This document shows, piece by piece, positions 13,316 to 25,656 of a stretch of 64,000 nucleotides of DNA. How positions within the stretch are numbered: the first letter of the stretch is position 1; every line of letters begins with the position of its first letter. Origin of the DNA: Curvularia clavata (lineage: Eukaryota); assembly GCA_023920165.1 (NCBI GenBank), contig CP089275.1, positions 5,270,001 through 5,334,000 on the forward strand, given 5' to 3'. Both the position numbers and the translations under genes were made by a program. Under the pieces are notes generated by a model. The model saw only the letters and a list, made by a program, of their open reading frames with translations, was not told the DNA's origin and searched no databases.

Positions 13316-13876
13316 GAAATGAGATGCAATGCCCATTTGTGGGATGTCGGCTCCACATCAATGGCCGCTCCGTAATGTGGGGTACTTGAGATTTTTTTTT
13401 CTGTGGACTCTCACAAGGAGCGAACGCTACAGGTAGTACAAAATCTTCTATATTGCCTGTATAGCGTATTCATGTGTCCAATCACAAATCTGCCGGGACA
13501 TCTTCGGCCGGAGAAGCTGGGCTAGCTTCGGGAACTTTACCCCGACATCTCTTTCCCCACACTGCACTCCACATCTCAAGGTCTTGGCATCGTGTTCGGG
13601 AGTGACAAGAGGCAAAATCGTCCGCGCCAAGCATAGTGGAAAGCTGGTCGTTGTAGTGGTTTCCAAGCCAATGGACTATCCGAAGATTCCCCAACAAGAA
13701 AAATACGATGGTAGTTCCTCGGCTCTCATGCACATGACGAACAACGAAGGCGGAGTATCGTGTCGAGACCAAGATGAGGCTGGAATACAAATATTCGACC
13801 ATGTTCTGCTTGGTAGATAGTCAATTGCATTCGCCACCACCATTCAGAAAGTGCCTCTTTTGTTACTACCGGCAAG

Positions 13877-15772
13877 ATGGTTGCTCGCAATCGCAGTCAG
13901 CGTAAGCTGAACACCTTTACCACGCTGTTCTTCGCTGCAACAGCCGTGTCATCCGCTATCCGCACTCCTCTTGGCGGATCACAATATCCTCGTATGACAT
14001 CACGGTCTGCTGAGTTGGACTCAGCGCCATATCGAGATGCAAGCCTTCCAGTCGACGAACGAGTCGAGGATCTCCTCCAACGAATGAACATAAAGGAGAA
14101 GGCTGGACAGCTTTTCCACAATATTATCAACCAAGGACCAAACGGAACCCTGCTCAACACAACATCTGCAGATGTAGAGGGCAAGTTGATGACCCACTTC
14201 AATCTACACGGCCCGATTGCAGATGTACGCGCCACTGTGCAATGGTATAACAACCTGCAGCAAATGGCGCTCGATACCCGACTGGGCATTCCGATCACAA
14301 TCTCCTCAGACCCTCGTCACGCCTTCACAAACGCTGAGGGCAGCCAAATTGCAGCCACCAAGTTCTCGCAATGGCCCGAGACTCTTGGTCTAGCTGCGGT
14401 TAGAGATGCTGAACTCATCCACACATTTGCTGACATTGCTCGACAAGAGTACAAGGCTGTTGGTATCCGATCTGCTCTGCACCCCCAGATCGATGTGGCC
14501 ACTGAGCCACGTTGGGCTCGTATTGGTGGCACCATGGGAGAGAACGCAACTCTGACTGCGGAACTGGCCGTTGCCTACATCAAAGGATTCACTGGTCCTG
14601 ACGGATTCGGCTTCGACTCTGTCACCACTGTGTCGAAGCATTTCCCCGGCAGCGGACCAGTCGAGGACGGAGAAGACAGCCACTTTGTCTATGGAAAGAA
14701 CGCAACATACCCAGGCAAGAACTTTGAGCACCACCTCATTCCTTTCAAGGCTGCCATCGCTGCTGGAACGAGACAGATCATGCCTTACTACTCCCGCCCA
14801 ATGGGTACCAAGTACGAGGAGGTGGCCGCTGGAATGAACAAGGGCATTGTCACTGATCTTCTACGTGGCGAGCTTGGTTTCGATGGCATTGTATGCAGCG
14901 ACTGGGGTCTCATCACTGACGGTGTCATCGCTGGTCAAGATATGCCGGCACGAGCTTGGGGAGCAGAGAACCTCACTGAGCTCGAGCGCGCTGAGAAGAT
15001 CCTCAACGCAGGAACCGACCAACTGGGAGGCGAGTCCCGCATCGACCTCATCCTCGAACTGGTGGAGAAGAACATAATCAGCGAAGACCGCATCGACATG
15101 TCCGTCCGACGTCTCCTGCGCGAAAAGTTCCTCCTCGGCCTATTCGACAACCCCTTCGCTGACGCTGACGCCGCCGTCGCCGTCGTCGGCCAAGACGAAT
15201 GGCGTGCAATCGGCTACGAAGCACAGAAGCGCTCCTTCACGCTCCTCACCAACAAAGACTCTGCCCTCCCCCTCGAGACCTCCGACTGCGCAAAGTCAAA
15301 ATTCTACGTCGAAGGCATCAACAGCACATTCCTCGAATCCCGCAACTTCGAAGTCGTCGCCACGCCTGAAGAAGCAGACTATGCTTTCCTCCGCCTCGTC
15401 GCGCCCTACGAGCCGCGACCGGGTGGCTTCGAAAAGAACTACCACTCCGGCTCCCTCGAGTACAACGCTACTGAAAAGGCGCGCCAGGCCGCAATCTACG
15501 CTACCGTTCCTACTATCGTAGACATTTACCTCGATCGCCCCGGTGCGTTCCCTGAGATCGCAGAGCAGGCGCAGGCCCTCATGGTCAATTTTGGTGCTAG
15601 CCCCGATGCGTTCCTGGATGTGGTCTTTGGTGTAGATGGCAGTGGGCCAGAGGGTATGCTGCCGTTTGATCTGCCGAGGAGCGATGAGGCGGCTAAGAAT
15701 CAGAAGGAGGATGTGCCGTTTGATACGGTGGATCCAGTGTTTAGGTTTGGGCACGGTTTGAGGTATGAGTGA
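13877..15772 (+). CDS. Glycoside hydrolase family 3 beta-glucosidase, probably secreted
   Basis: TRLGIP, SKHFPG, IMPYYS, GIVCSDWG (catalytic nucleophile Asp), FRFGHGLRY; hydrophobic N-terminal segment; strong C-ending codon bias. Confidence 0.92.
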   Translation: MVARNRSQRKLNTFTTLFFAATAVSSAIRTPLGGSQYPRMTSRSAELDSAPYRDASLPVDERVEDLLQRMNIKEKAGQLFHNIINQGPNGTLLNTTSADVEGKLMTHFNLHGPIADVRATVQWYNNLQQMALDTRLGIPITISSDPRHAFTNAEGSQIAATKFSQWPETLGLAAVRDAELIHTFADIARQEYKAVGIRSALHPQIDVATEPRWARIGGTMGENATLTAELAVAYIKGFTGPDGFGFDSVTTVSKHFPGSGPVEDGEDSHFVYGKNATYPGKNFEHHLIPFKAAIAAGTRQIMPYYSRPMGTKYEEVAAGMNKGIVTDLLRGELGFDGIVCSDWGLITDGVIAGQDMPARAWGAENLTELERAEKILNAGTDQLGGESRIDLILELVEKNIISEDRIDMSVRRLLREKFLLGLFDNPFADADAAVAVVGQDEWRAIGYEAQKRSFTLLTNKDSALPLETSDCAKSKFYVEGINSTFLESRNFEVVATPEEADYAFLRLVAPYEPRPGGFEKNYHSGSLEYNATEKARQAAIYATVPTIVDIYLDRPGAFPEIAEQAQALMVNFGASPDAFLDVVFGVDGSGPEGMLPFDLPRSDEAAKNQKEDVPFDTVDPVFRFGHGLRYE

Positions 15773-16169
15773 TGGATGATGGTAATGATTAATGTTACGT
15801 CTACGGACATGATAGTGATTCCTAGATAGTTTTGTGTATATAGTAATGAACGTGCCAGCTGCTGGAGATTTTCTCTGGCCTGCCGAGGACTCGAAAAGAA
15901 GTGTTGTGTTATTGCTCCAAAGTTCTGTTCTTCTTAGACCCAGGATTTAGACTGATGTCCATCCCTCCGCAACGAATCATTAACATTGTTCAAACACTTT
16001 ATACCCATGCATTGGAGTTCTCAAGCCTAAATACATATTTGTATGCTTGTTATATCTGACCTTATCTATCGCAGGTTTTATATGATAGAAATACATCCAT
16101 CTCGGGTAGATATGTGAATCTTCTGTATTTGGCATCCATGCTGTAATATCAATATGTTAAAGTGTGGGG

Positions 16170-16370
16170 TGGCTACTTGCTCCACTAGTAGTAGACTCAG
16201 AGGTAGCTTTATCGATAGATTCTAGTAGAGATTGAGTGCTAGGGGAGAGAATCAATAGGACAATTGACTTTGTGTTAACTGCTCTAGTTTCTATCTACTA
16301 GCTATTTTACTACTAACTATATATATTTGCTAGAGTAGATTCTAGAGGAGTCTACTTAGTTTGCTAGTCC
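16170..16370. other. TpA-rich, CpA-poor patch (RIP-like relic) upstream of the NLR gene
   Basis: Dense CTAG/TAG/TATA words (ctagtagtag, tctagtagag, ctactagcta, tatatata) with no ORF. Judged by eye, not computed. Confidence 0.4.
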
Positions 16371-17039
16371 TTCGCGTTTAGCGAGTGGAGTTAGAACGCT
16401 GATATAGCAAGGCTGCGAATGCTTATGTAGGGGGCTGTAATGTACATCTGGGCTATGCCAAAAGAGTTGAAGCTATGGGGCATCGTTCTGCTTAGGCGCG
16501 CAGTTGCCAACTATTCTTAGAAGCATACTGGTTGTGGATTCTGTTGGCCTCGTGGCGTTCTGTCAGTTACATAGAAAGGGAAGTTCAAGCCAAATCTAAA
16601 CCTAGATGTTTTGCATGAGTTGCATTTGCGCGATCGCTTTCTTGTTTGTCCTGCGTTGTGCTTGAACCTTTGCCAATAGCGTCAGGGGCCTCATATCCTC
16701 TGCAGCGCCCGAGTAGACACGGTTGAGCCCTGCAAGCAGTGCACGGTGCATGCCTGACACGCCTTACTACCCCACCTGGGACTTCAAAGGCTTCACCACC
16801 AAGTCAAGAATACAGCGAAAGCCGGCAGCCTGAGCTCGCGACATCTTGACGCATCGTAGGGTTCCGCGGGTATCTGAGCTGGTGCACCTGCTCATCATTC
16901 TCTCTGTACATTGACCATCTGTCGGTAGCAGAAAGCAGCTAGTAAGTAGCAAGCGCCGATACGATCAGGCTACACAGCCCAGCCCTTGGAGTCCTGTTCT
17001 CATCGCATAGCTACGCCTGCTTTACGCCCAAACGAACCT

Positions 17040-20000
17040 ATGCGGCTCTTGCAGTATTGCGAAAGCGGAGAGCTCAGCATTCACAGCTTCGACAATGGCG
17101 ATATACCCCCCTACGCAATACTCTCACACACCTGGGGAGCAGACGGCGACGAGGTAACGTTCGCAGACCTCCAGACAGGCGGTGGCAAGACAAAGCCGGG
17201 CTATAAGAAGATCCTCTTCTGCGGAAAATGGGCGCGGTACGACAACCTCGAGTACTTCTGGATCGACACGTGCTGTATCAACAAAGCCAATAAGGTTGAA
17301 CTCGCTCTCTCTATTAGATCAATGTTTCGCTGGTACCGCGATGCAGCTCGGTGCTACGTATACCTTTCGGATGTCTCTAGTCAACCTCTACAAATTACGC
17401 CCGGCCACCACGATTCACGATGGCTTTTTTGGATCTGGATGCTCTCTATCCTCTACACTGTGTCAAGATGGTACCGCAGCGTGATGTATCGCTACTTATA
17501 TTCGCGCCATGTTCCATGCACTTCAGTTAGTGACGGCCTTGTACCCAGACAGCAGACGCTCGACTTCACATTTAAAGATAGCAGATGGTTCACCCGTGGA
17601 TGGACACTACAGGAGCTTCTTGCACCATCTATGGTAGAATTTTTCTCCAAGGAGGGGATTAAGCTTGGTGATAAGCTATCACTGACAAAAGAAGTGCATG
17701 AAGTCACGGGTATTCCTAGTTCGGCATTGCAGGGCGAGCCGTTGTCTAGCTTTGATGTTCATGAACGCGTTACGTGGATTGAACATCGCACTACAACAAT
17801 TCCAGCAGATCGGGCGTATTCCTTGATGGGCATTCTCGGCGTTAGCTTGTCTCCGATCGATGGCGAGAATCTAGCTGAAGCAATGAAGCGGGTTCTAGAT
17901 GAGGTTGACAAACAGAATAAGTGTATCCGAGACTTACGTCCTACCAACCCGCGCGATGATAAGAAGCGGATTGAGGAGACTAAAGGCGGGCTACTTGCGG
18001 GCGCTTACCGCTGGGTTCTTGACAACAATACCTTCCAGCAGTGGCAGCAAGACCCAGACAGCCAACTATTATGGATAAAGGGCGATCCTGGCAAAGGCAA
18101 GACGATGCTGCTGTGTGGCATCATCGATGAACTGCAAAACATGACGCCGAGATCTACCCCTTTTTCATACTTTTTCTGCCAGGCGACCGACTCGCGCATT
18201 AACAGTGCTACAGCTGTGCTGCGGGGCTTATTGTATATGTTAATAGACCAGCAACCATGGCTTATAGTTCATGTTCGCCAAAAGTACGATCGCGCAGGTG
18301 TAAACTTGTTCAACGACAGTAACGCCTGGGTCGCCTTAACAGAGATCTTTCTCGCCGTACTAGAAGACTTAAGTACAACGTATCTAGTCATTGATGCGCT
18401 CGATGAATGCGTTACGGATCTCCCAAAGCTGCTTACCTTTATTGCAAAGCAGTCATCTGCGTCCTCCCCTATTAAGTGGATCGTGTCTAGTCGTAACTGG
18501 CCAGATATTGAAGCACAGCTCGAGCGCACAGGACATAAAGTGAAACTAAGCCTTGAACTTAACACAGAGTCGATCGCTGCTGCAGTCGACATTTTTATCG
18601 AGCAAAAGGTAGACCAGTTAGCGCAGGAGAATGAGTACAAAGAGGAACTTCAACACGCCGTGCTCCAGCACTTGAAGTCGAACGCAGATAACACCTTTCT
18701 CTGGGTAGCATTAGTGTGCCAGGAGCTAAAGAAAACGCCAAAGCGGAACGTGTTGAAAAAGCTAGCATTTTTCCCACCTGGACTAGGCGACTTGTATGAG
18801 CAGATGATGCAGCAGATGAGCAAGTCCGACGACGCCAACGTCTGCTACTGCGTACTGGCTCTGACTGCTGTCCTCTATCGACCAGTTACAGTCACTGAGC
18901 TAATTGTGCTCACCGAACAGCTTGCAGACTTTGCTGATGACCTAGAGTCTGTGCGGGAGATTATTGGTCTCTGTGGGTCGTTCCTTACGCTGCGCGACGA
19001 CACAATCTACTTTATACATCAGTCAGCCAAGGATTTTCTCGTTACGAAGGCGTCAGACAAGGTCTTTCAACATGGCATAGAATATGTACATCGAGACGTT
19101 TTTGCAAAATCACTTGCTATTCTTCAAAAGAAACTGCACAGAGATATATACAGCCTTCAAGCGCCTGGATATCATATAGAGAACGCCAGGCCGCCTCTTC
19201 TAGACCCTCTGGCCGTATCGCGCTATCCATGTGTGTACTGGATTGACCACTTCTACGACTCAAGAAACAAAAAGCTGGCGCACAGCACTACCAACCAACA
19301 GGATGTTGGAGCTATAGACGAATTCCTTACGCGGAAATATCTATACTGGCTAGAAGCGCTCAGCTTATGCAGAAGTATGGCCAAAGGGGTAGTCTCGATG
19401 ACAAAATTATGGCATTTAGTCCAGGTACTGCCTACGTAGCTATACGTATAGTCTTTATAATGTAGTTGCTAACTTTACTAGAAACTTAGAGACGTAGGGG
19501 CATTGGATAAGATTGTGTATGACGCACGACGATTCATCATGTATCATAAGGAGGCAATCGAGAATTATCCATTACAAGCGTACGCATCCGCTCTACTATT
19601 CAGCCCAGCAGACAGCATAATAAGAAGACTGTTTCAGCACGAAGAGCCAAAAGAAGTAGCGATCAAGCCAGCTATGAGTAACGGCTGGAGTGCATGCTTG
19701 CAGACGCTCGAGGGTCATAGCAGGGGGATTCTGTCAGTAGCCTTCTCACACGACTCGGCCCAGCTAGCTTCAGCGTCTTGGGATGACACTGTTAGGATCT
19801 GGGACGCAAGCAGCGGGACGTGTCTGCAGACGCTCGAAGGCCATCGCGATTATATTAGATCAGTAGCTTTCTCGCACGACTCGGCCCAGCTAGCGTCCGC
19901 GTCAGACGATAGCACTATTAGAATCTGGGACGCAAGCAGCGGGACGTGTATACAGACGCTCGAGGGCCATCGCGGTATTGTCAGATCAGCAGCTTTCTCG

Positions 20001-21140
20001 CACGACTCGGCCAAGCTAGCATCCGGGGCAGACGATAGCACTATCAGAATCTGGGACACGAGCAGTGGGACTTGTCTACAGACGCTCGAGGGCCACAATA
20101 GTTATGTAGAGTCAGTGGTCTTCTCGCACGACTCAGCCCAGCTAGCTTCAGCGTCTTGGGATAGCACTGTTAGGATCTGGGACGCGAGCAGCGGGGCGTG
20201 TCTGCAGACGCTCGAAGGCCATAGCAGCACAGTTGACTCGGTGGCCTTCTCACACGACTCGGCCCAGCTAGCGTCCGCGGCAGACGATAGCACTATCAGA
20301 ATCTGGGACACGAGTAGTGGGACTTGTCTAAAGACGCTCGAGGGCCATAGCAGTACAGTTAACTCGGTGGCCTTCTCACACGACTCGGCCCAGCTAGCTT
20401 CAGCGTCTTGGGATAGCACTGTTAGAATCTGGGACGCAAGCAGCGGGACGTGTATACAGACGCTCGAGGGCCATCGTGATTGTGTTAGATCAGTAGCTTT
20501 CTCGCACGACTCGGCCCAGCTAGCGTCCGCGTCAGACGATAGAACTATTAGAATCTGGGACACGAGTAGTAGAGGTGGAATGCATATACCCCAGAGCCAC
20601 AGTGGTTATGTAGGGTCAGTAGCATTCTCGCACGACTCGACCCGGCTAGCGTCAGCATCAAACGACAATACTGTCAAAATCTGGGACGCGAGCAGTGGGA
20701 CTTGTTTGCAGACGCTCGAGGGTCACAGTAATTATGTCGGGGCGGTGGCATTCTCACACGACTCGGCCCGGCTAGCGTCAGCGTCAAGGGACGGCACTGT
20801 TAGGATCTGGGACGCGAGCAGCGGGGCGTGTGTGCACACTCTTGTCATCAACATGACTATCGTGGACATATCTTTCGACTCTACTGGCACTCGCCTTCAC
20901 ACAAACGCAGGCACCATCGCCATTCCTCCTTTCCGGGTTTCTAGCGACACAGATGTTGCAGTACCGAAACCACAGTACCAAAATGTCGGTCTAAGTTCAG
21001 ATAGTATCTGGGTGATGCGCGCTGGAAGCAATATACTGTGGATACCCTCAGAGTATCGACCGTCAAGCTGGGCTGTGAATGAGACCCAAATAGGTATGGG
21101 AGTAGGATCAGGACGGGTTTGGTTTTGTCAGTTAGTTTAG
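17040..21140 (+). CDS. Fungal NLR of HET-NACHT-WD40 (HNWD, het-e-like) architecture
   Basis: HET (YAILSHTW, WIDTCCI, SRWFTRGWTLQEL), NACHT P-loop GDPGKGKT and Walker B LVIDALDEC. Intron 19425-19481 (GTACTG..GCTAAC..TAG) joins in frame to a WD40 exon. Confidence 0.95.
19692..20825 (+). repeat. Nine tandem 126-bp (42-aa) WD40 repeats of high internal conservation
   Basis: Unit xCLQTLEGH----SVAFSHDSAQLASAS-D-TxRIWDASSG repeated 9 times; repeat 8 has a divergent start (GGMHIPQSH). Confidence 0.95.
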
Positions 21141-22678
21141 GCAAGTGACAATCAACAAGTAGGGGACTCTGCAAACATATATACTTCTGTACTTATTGAG
21201 CATGTTGAGGCTATGCAATGTCTGTTATACACATGACGAGAACTGCGAGAAATTAATTCTCAATCACCTTCCACGAACAGGCAGTAAGCGACCGTGCTTA
21301 AGCGATGGCTGGGAAAAGCGTCTCAAGCTTTGGTGCAAAGCTTGAGCTGTTTTGGATTATCAGGATCTTTGAACAATTAGGAGATAGTTTCGTTTGCAAT
21401 AGAGCAGGGGTGTATTAGCAGTGGTATTTCGATGGCGAAGACGAAGCACTAAAACACGTAACTTGTTGGCCTATGATTTCGCTGTGCAAAGCTTACGATA
21501 GATCTATAGAGATGCGAAGAAACTGTAGATTTCATTTTGACTCTATTAAACTGTGCGACTTGGACATAATATACGTGGGCAATGTTGGTGGTTCGTTGCA
21601 GAACGATATTCGATCCACAGGGACGGACGTCACGCTTAGGAGTATACATAGTTCCTTTAGCAAATGTTTTGATTTTTTTACTAAGTAGTACCTTGGAAGT
21701 GTAGGGTTAAAAGAAAAATACACCGATTGGGTGGTAAGCCTACTCGTCTAGCCTGCCAAACATGATGAGTACTCGCATCCCTGCCTTACGTCTACTGCAC
21801 CCCCTGACTACTAAAGGCACAACCTGTGAGGCTGCCAGCTTTGCCTGTTTTATAGGACAGATTCAGGGTTTCGCAGGTGCATATGTAGCATGTGACAGGG
21901 AGCAAGAGACGGTGAAGTGACCCCTCATCCAACACAACCTAGGGGTCATGTTTAATACCACAATCCTGTGACGATAGAGGGCAAGGGAGGGTATGATGTA
22001 AATATCAGGTTTCCGGATCACTAGGCAGATAGCGGACCGACTCGAGGTTCACGCACACCGCTCCGGTGATGGCCGCGCCACAGTGGCTAATGGTCAGGAT
22101 ACCTAAGCTGATGCCTGGGTCTGTGGCGGTGCAGCGCCTCTTTACTACGCCATAGCTTACTAGAATGCTCTACACCCTCTCCGCAGTCACAGTGGCATAC
22201 CAAGAGCACACCACGCAGAGATCATCTCCAGAGTGCCACTGCATCGACACCACGTATCGCGCCCCATCAGCCTATTCTCCGGAAGACCCTGATCTTCTCA
22301 TCACCCTGCGCGACATGCGGGGGGAACGGTCCTTTTGCATGGCAGGGCCAGTCGAGCGTCGCTGGCGGCTGAGGCTTGCCAGCTGTGTGGGTCTCAGGCA
22401 CACTATCCATGCACGATGATCACAGCCTACATGCACACAGCCCAGTCGACGTCTAAAAGCTTCCAAACGTGTCGGAGCGCCCCGCCAAAATTCTCAATGC
22501 GACGCTGCCTGTTGCCCGCTTCGGAAACGCGGCCAGATGACGACATGGGGGTCTTGTGAGGCCTGCCCCATCCCCGTGGTTTAAGTGTCAGATGTTCGCC
22601 GCTGTCGCCTGTCCTCAGCCCACGCTATCTAAACCTCCTCCATCGCACCACCACCACCTCGACTTCCACAACCAAACA

Positions 22679-23733
22679 ATGGGACGCCGCGAGAGACAGC
22701 CCTCGCCGCCCCCGCCTCCGCCCATGGGGCCGCCATGTAAGTCGTTCTGAAGTAATTCAAATTTTTTTGCAAGTGCTAACTTTGCCTAGCCGACTCAACA
22801 TACGTCTTTGACAATTACGAGAACGGCAAGCCAAAATGGGCCCCTGGAAAAGACAACCAGCGGGACTACCACGAGTATCGCGACAGCCGCCGAGGAGACC
22901 AGCGCCGTCCTCGTAGGAGTAGGTACGACGACGATGAGGGGCCTCCTCCACCACCGCCAGCACAGGGTGCCTACCCACCACCACCAGCACAGAGCGCCTA
23001 CCCACCTCCTCCGGCACCCGGCCAAGCGGCACCACCTCCAAGAGGTACTAGGTCAAGCCTATCTTATCTCACTTCTATGTTAGCCAACACAATTTTAGAT
23101 CCACCCCGAGAGTCTCGACCTCGTCACCACCGCAGACGGCCATCATATTCTTCCGAATCGGACTCGTCCCCTCCCCCACCTCGACGAAGCCACCGCCGTG
23201 ACGAGCGCCCCCGCTACCCCCACGAGGATACTTACGACTCGTATGACGAAAACTACCCACGTCGCCGACATAGGGAGTCTGGTCGCCGTGACCGCGAGGG
23301 TTACAAGTCTGAGGGCTACAAATCAGACGGCTACAAATCCGACCGCAGACGCCGGGACTCGTACTACGACGACCGTGATCGGGACCGCGATCGGGACCGG
23401 GACCGCCGTGACAAGTCCCGTGGTGACAGAGACCGCAGACACCGTGATGACCGGTATGACGACCGCCGTTATGACGACATGTTCAATGGCAGGTCTCGCC
23501 GCGACCCTCGCGACCCTCGCTATGACGATAGGCCACGCGATAGACGCGGCTACTATGACGACTATGAAGATCGTTATGGCGATCGTCGTAGGAGCGGCAG
23601 AGATAGCAAAGCAAAGCCTGAATGGCAGAAACAGGCCCTGGGCATGTTCAAGGACTATGCACTGCCTATTATCAAGAAAGAGGGTGCCAAGTACGTGCAG
23701 AAGCAGATGGCGAATGGTTTTGGAAAGCGCTGA
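22679..23733 (+). CDS. Uncharacterised Pro-rich / Arg-Asp mixed-charge low-complexity protein, 3 exons
   Basis: ATG 22679 (MGRRERQPSPPPPPP); introns ~22737-22789 (GTAAGT..GCTAAC..TAG) and ~23045-23098 join in frame to the RDRDRD-rich 23077-23733 ORF. Confidence 0.75.
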
Positions 23734-24188
23734 GGGACCGAGTGTGGGAGATGAGTTTATGACGTGATGAGGCGATTGTGCACGGTATAGAACGGCCTAT
23801 TTTTTCCTTTTTCTTGGACTACCAGTATGCAGCGGAATGGTTTGCACCAGTATCTCGGTTTCTTAGCTCGGCGTTGCAGCGACTTGCAGATGATATCCAC
23901 TTCTTGTTATTCAATACAGGGGTTTTTTTTTCGCGCTTTCGGCTTTCAGTGTGCTGATATGCACTGTGCCTTTTTACTTGCCTAGATTTAGTTTGCAAGG
24001 TAATATACCAAACCAAATTTTTGCCCCAAAAATGTTTCTCTGGCTTCCATCACCTTTTAATTACCATCAATAAGAAAAATATATAATATCATCAGGATCA
24101 CAATGTTCAAGCTAACTGCAACATTTGCATTCATAAAACGATGTATTACTCAGCGAGCAACTACCACCCTCTCTTCACCACCTCTCAA

Positions 24189-25656
24189 CTACGAATTTCC
24201 CCCCTTATCCCCCACATCCACACAGTTAACCTGACTCTTTACACTATCAATATTCGCGCACGTAAACTGATCCGTTCCACTGGGACTCTTCACATTGACA
24301 TTCTCAATGCTGATATTAGAGCACACCTTAGGGCTCGAGCAGACGAGGTATCCAACGCGGGGATCGTATTTCTTGCTCGTGGTGCCCGAGAAGTTTTTGA
24401 TGCTGATGTCTGAGATTGTGAGTTTGGAGGGGAACTATTGGAAATTTTGGTTAGCGATTTTTGCACCGAGAAAGGGAAGGGGGTTGGGATGGGATGGATG
24501 ATTACCTCGTTGCAGAGAGTCAAGTTCTTCTGGCCGTAGCACTGCGTGATTTCAATGGCGTAGTCGACGTTGTTGACAACCATGCCGTCGTAGGTAATGT
24601 TGCGCACAGAGCCGCTGCCGCCTCCGCCCTGCAGGTCGCCGGAGAGGGCAGACGAAGCGCCGGGCCAGACTTTGATACGTGCGCCATCAGAGGCGTTGGA
24701 CATGCTGATGTTGTAGACGTAGATGTTCTCGACAATGTCGACTTCAGTGGGGTACTGGCCTAGCGAACCTACGCTGATACCGTGGCTACCGTTGCAAACG
24801 AGGTTCTGGACAATGATGTTGGTGCTGTTGGGCTTGAATGAGACGCAGTCATCGCCGTTGTTAATGTGCGAGTTCTGAATGACAATGTTGTTGGAGCGGT
24901 AGGTGTCCCAGCCATCGGTATTCTTGGCTGGGTTCTTGCTCGTGCTGTCGCCGAAGATGTCGATGTTGGAAAAGACGACTTCGCTCGAGTTGGCGACGAG
25001 CGTGTACCACTGCGGGCTGTAGCGGAAGTTAAGATCTGACACCCGGGCGCTGTGGGCTCCGATCAATCCAAAGAGAATGGGGCGCAGGATGTAGATGTCC
25101 TTGGCATAGAGGTCGTACCAGGCTTGACCGTTGCCGTCAAGAGTGCCGCCACCGTAGATGTTGATGTCTTTGCCTCCAATCTGGAAAAACGTGGTTGCGT
25201 TTTGGAATACTTGCTTGAAGGAATTGGCTTGCCAGTAATCAGTATCGTTTGTGAACTTGATGGTTCCTTGAATATCTGGTCACTTCATCAGTAATGCTCT
25301 CGAGTTTAATCGAAGGCTGACTAACCCAGGTCGATGCTGTTCAGGAAGGTAAGATCCAAGGCGGTGCCGATTGTGAATTGCTGGCCCTTGGGAAAGACGA
25401 CATGACCGCCATTGTTGCATTGTTTGACGGCTTTGAGAATATTGGCGGCATCATCTTTGCCACCACCAAGTGCTTTGAGCATACACGTCTTGGTTCGGGG
25501 GGGAGACGGCGCGGCACACTTGCTTGGTTGATGTGGAGCCACTGGGTGATTTGGACGATTCGACGCGATACCCCTTACTTCAAGCTCATCGTGAGGCGCA
25601 GAAAAGGCCGTCGATGCCTGTAGCAAGGCGCACGTAAGGAGCTCGGTAACACGCAT
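24189..25656 (-). CDS. Secreted exo-polygalacturonase (GH28), PgxA/PGX1-like
   Basis: Signal peptide [21 protein letters not shown]28 motifs NTDGWD, GDD, GSHG, RIK. Introns ~25276-25325 and ~24435-24505; C-terminus ...[13 protein letters not shown]. Confidence 0.92.

Noticed and set aside
19439..19503. Apparent split of the NLR into two genes or a pseudogene
   Set aside because: A canonical 57-nt intron (19425-19481) restores one reading frame.
19692..20825. Regular repeats with variable segments resembling a CRISPR array or DGR
   Set aside because: Units are in-frame 42-codon WD40 repeats in a eukaryotic gene; no cas or reverse transcriptase gene is present.
16500..22600. Amyloid signalling motif or adjacent HeLo/gasdermin effector gene near the NLR
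   Set aside because: None recognisable by eye; the NLR already carries its own HET effector domain.
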